Shown piece after piece: positions 63,726-64,000 of a stretch of DNA of 64,000 nucleotides. Under the pieces are notes generated by a model, which worked only from the letters and a program-made list of their open reading frames with translations, was not told where the DNA came from and ran no database searches. A program made the position numbers and the translations under genes. Source of the DNA: Trueperaceae bacterium (GTDB lineage Bacteria; Deinococcota; Deinococci; Deinococcales; Trueperaceae); contig JAXHLW010000013.1 in assembly GCA_034521815.1 (NCBI GenBank), forward strand, positions 1,216,001-1,280,000, given 5' to 3'. The stretch's first letter is position 1, and each line of letters starts with the position of its first letter.

Positions 63726-64000
63726 ATGAAGCTCGAAGCCAGCACGCGCACGACGGGACGGAGCAGCGCCCTCAGGCAAGAGGGTCGGCTCCCCGCCGTC
63801 GTCTACAACAAAGGTCTCAACCTGTCCGTCGCGATCGAGTTCAAGGCGTTCGACCGCGTCTTCCGCGAACAGGGGACCTCCAGCCTGATCGATCTCGAGG
63901 TGGACGGCGACAACCATCAGGTCCTCGTTCGCGAAGTCCAGATGGACAAGCGCCGCCGCATTCCGCTTCACGTCGACTTCTACGCCATCACCGCCGGCCA
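63726..64000 (+). CDS. rplY: 50S ribosomal protein L25/Ctc (partial, runs off the window)
   Basis: LRQEGRLPAVVYNK...VLVREVQMDKRRRIPLHVDFY; SD GGGAGG. Confidence 0.93.
   Translation, partial: MKLEASTRTTGRSSALRQEGRLPAVVYNKGLNLSVAIEFKAFDRVFREQGTSSLIDLEVDGDNHQVLVREVQMDKRRRIPLHVDFYAITAG

Overview
High-GC bacterial chromosomal segment, most likely Deinococcota (Trueperaceae-like). The lineage call is inferred from the RecA Walker A variant GPESGGKT, the RpoZ, HflX and L25 N-termini, the cinA-recA-rny order and pervasive TANNNT -10 boxes 5-7 nt before start codons (leaderless mRNAs). It is mostly housekeeping: glmM, kynB-kynU, three tRNAs (Arg-ACG, Ser-GCT, Ser-TGA), trmJ, rpsT, pilC, nth, ypdA, two M42 peptidases, a DHH-CBS tRNA nucleotidyltransferase, a PP2C/Ser-Thr kinase pair with two roadblock proteins, fatty-acid oxidation genes, hflX, argR, coaBC, rpoZ, gmk, pyrG, udk, DUF5693-csaB, an AAA+/vWA pair, cinA, recA, rny, prs and the start of rplY. 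A decayed accessory patch at about 15.6-21.4 kb holds a frameshifted alpha/beta-hydrolase and serine-hydrolase and ArsC remnants. No CRISPR array, rRNA, integrase or transposase was seen. Most notable observations: (1) the conserved core of recA abruptly switches to G/T-ending codons, with sharp boundaries and a canonical G-quadruplex motif; (2) hflX appears to start at a non-canonical ATC and coaBC possibly at ACG; (3) about 15 short tandem micro-duplications of 12-17 bp, many at start or stop codons; (4) several apparent pseudoenzymes and a cytoplasmic kinase-NHL/roadblock signalling cluster. All product calls come from motif recognition by eye; no database search was run.
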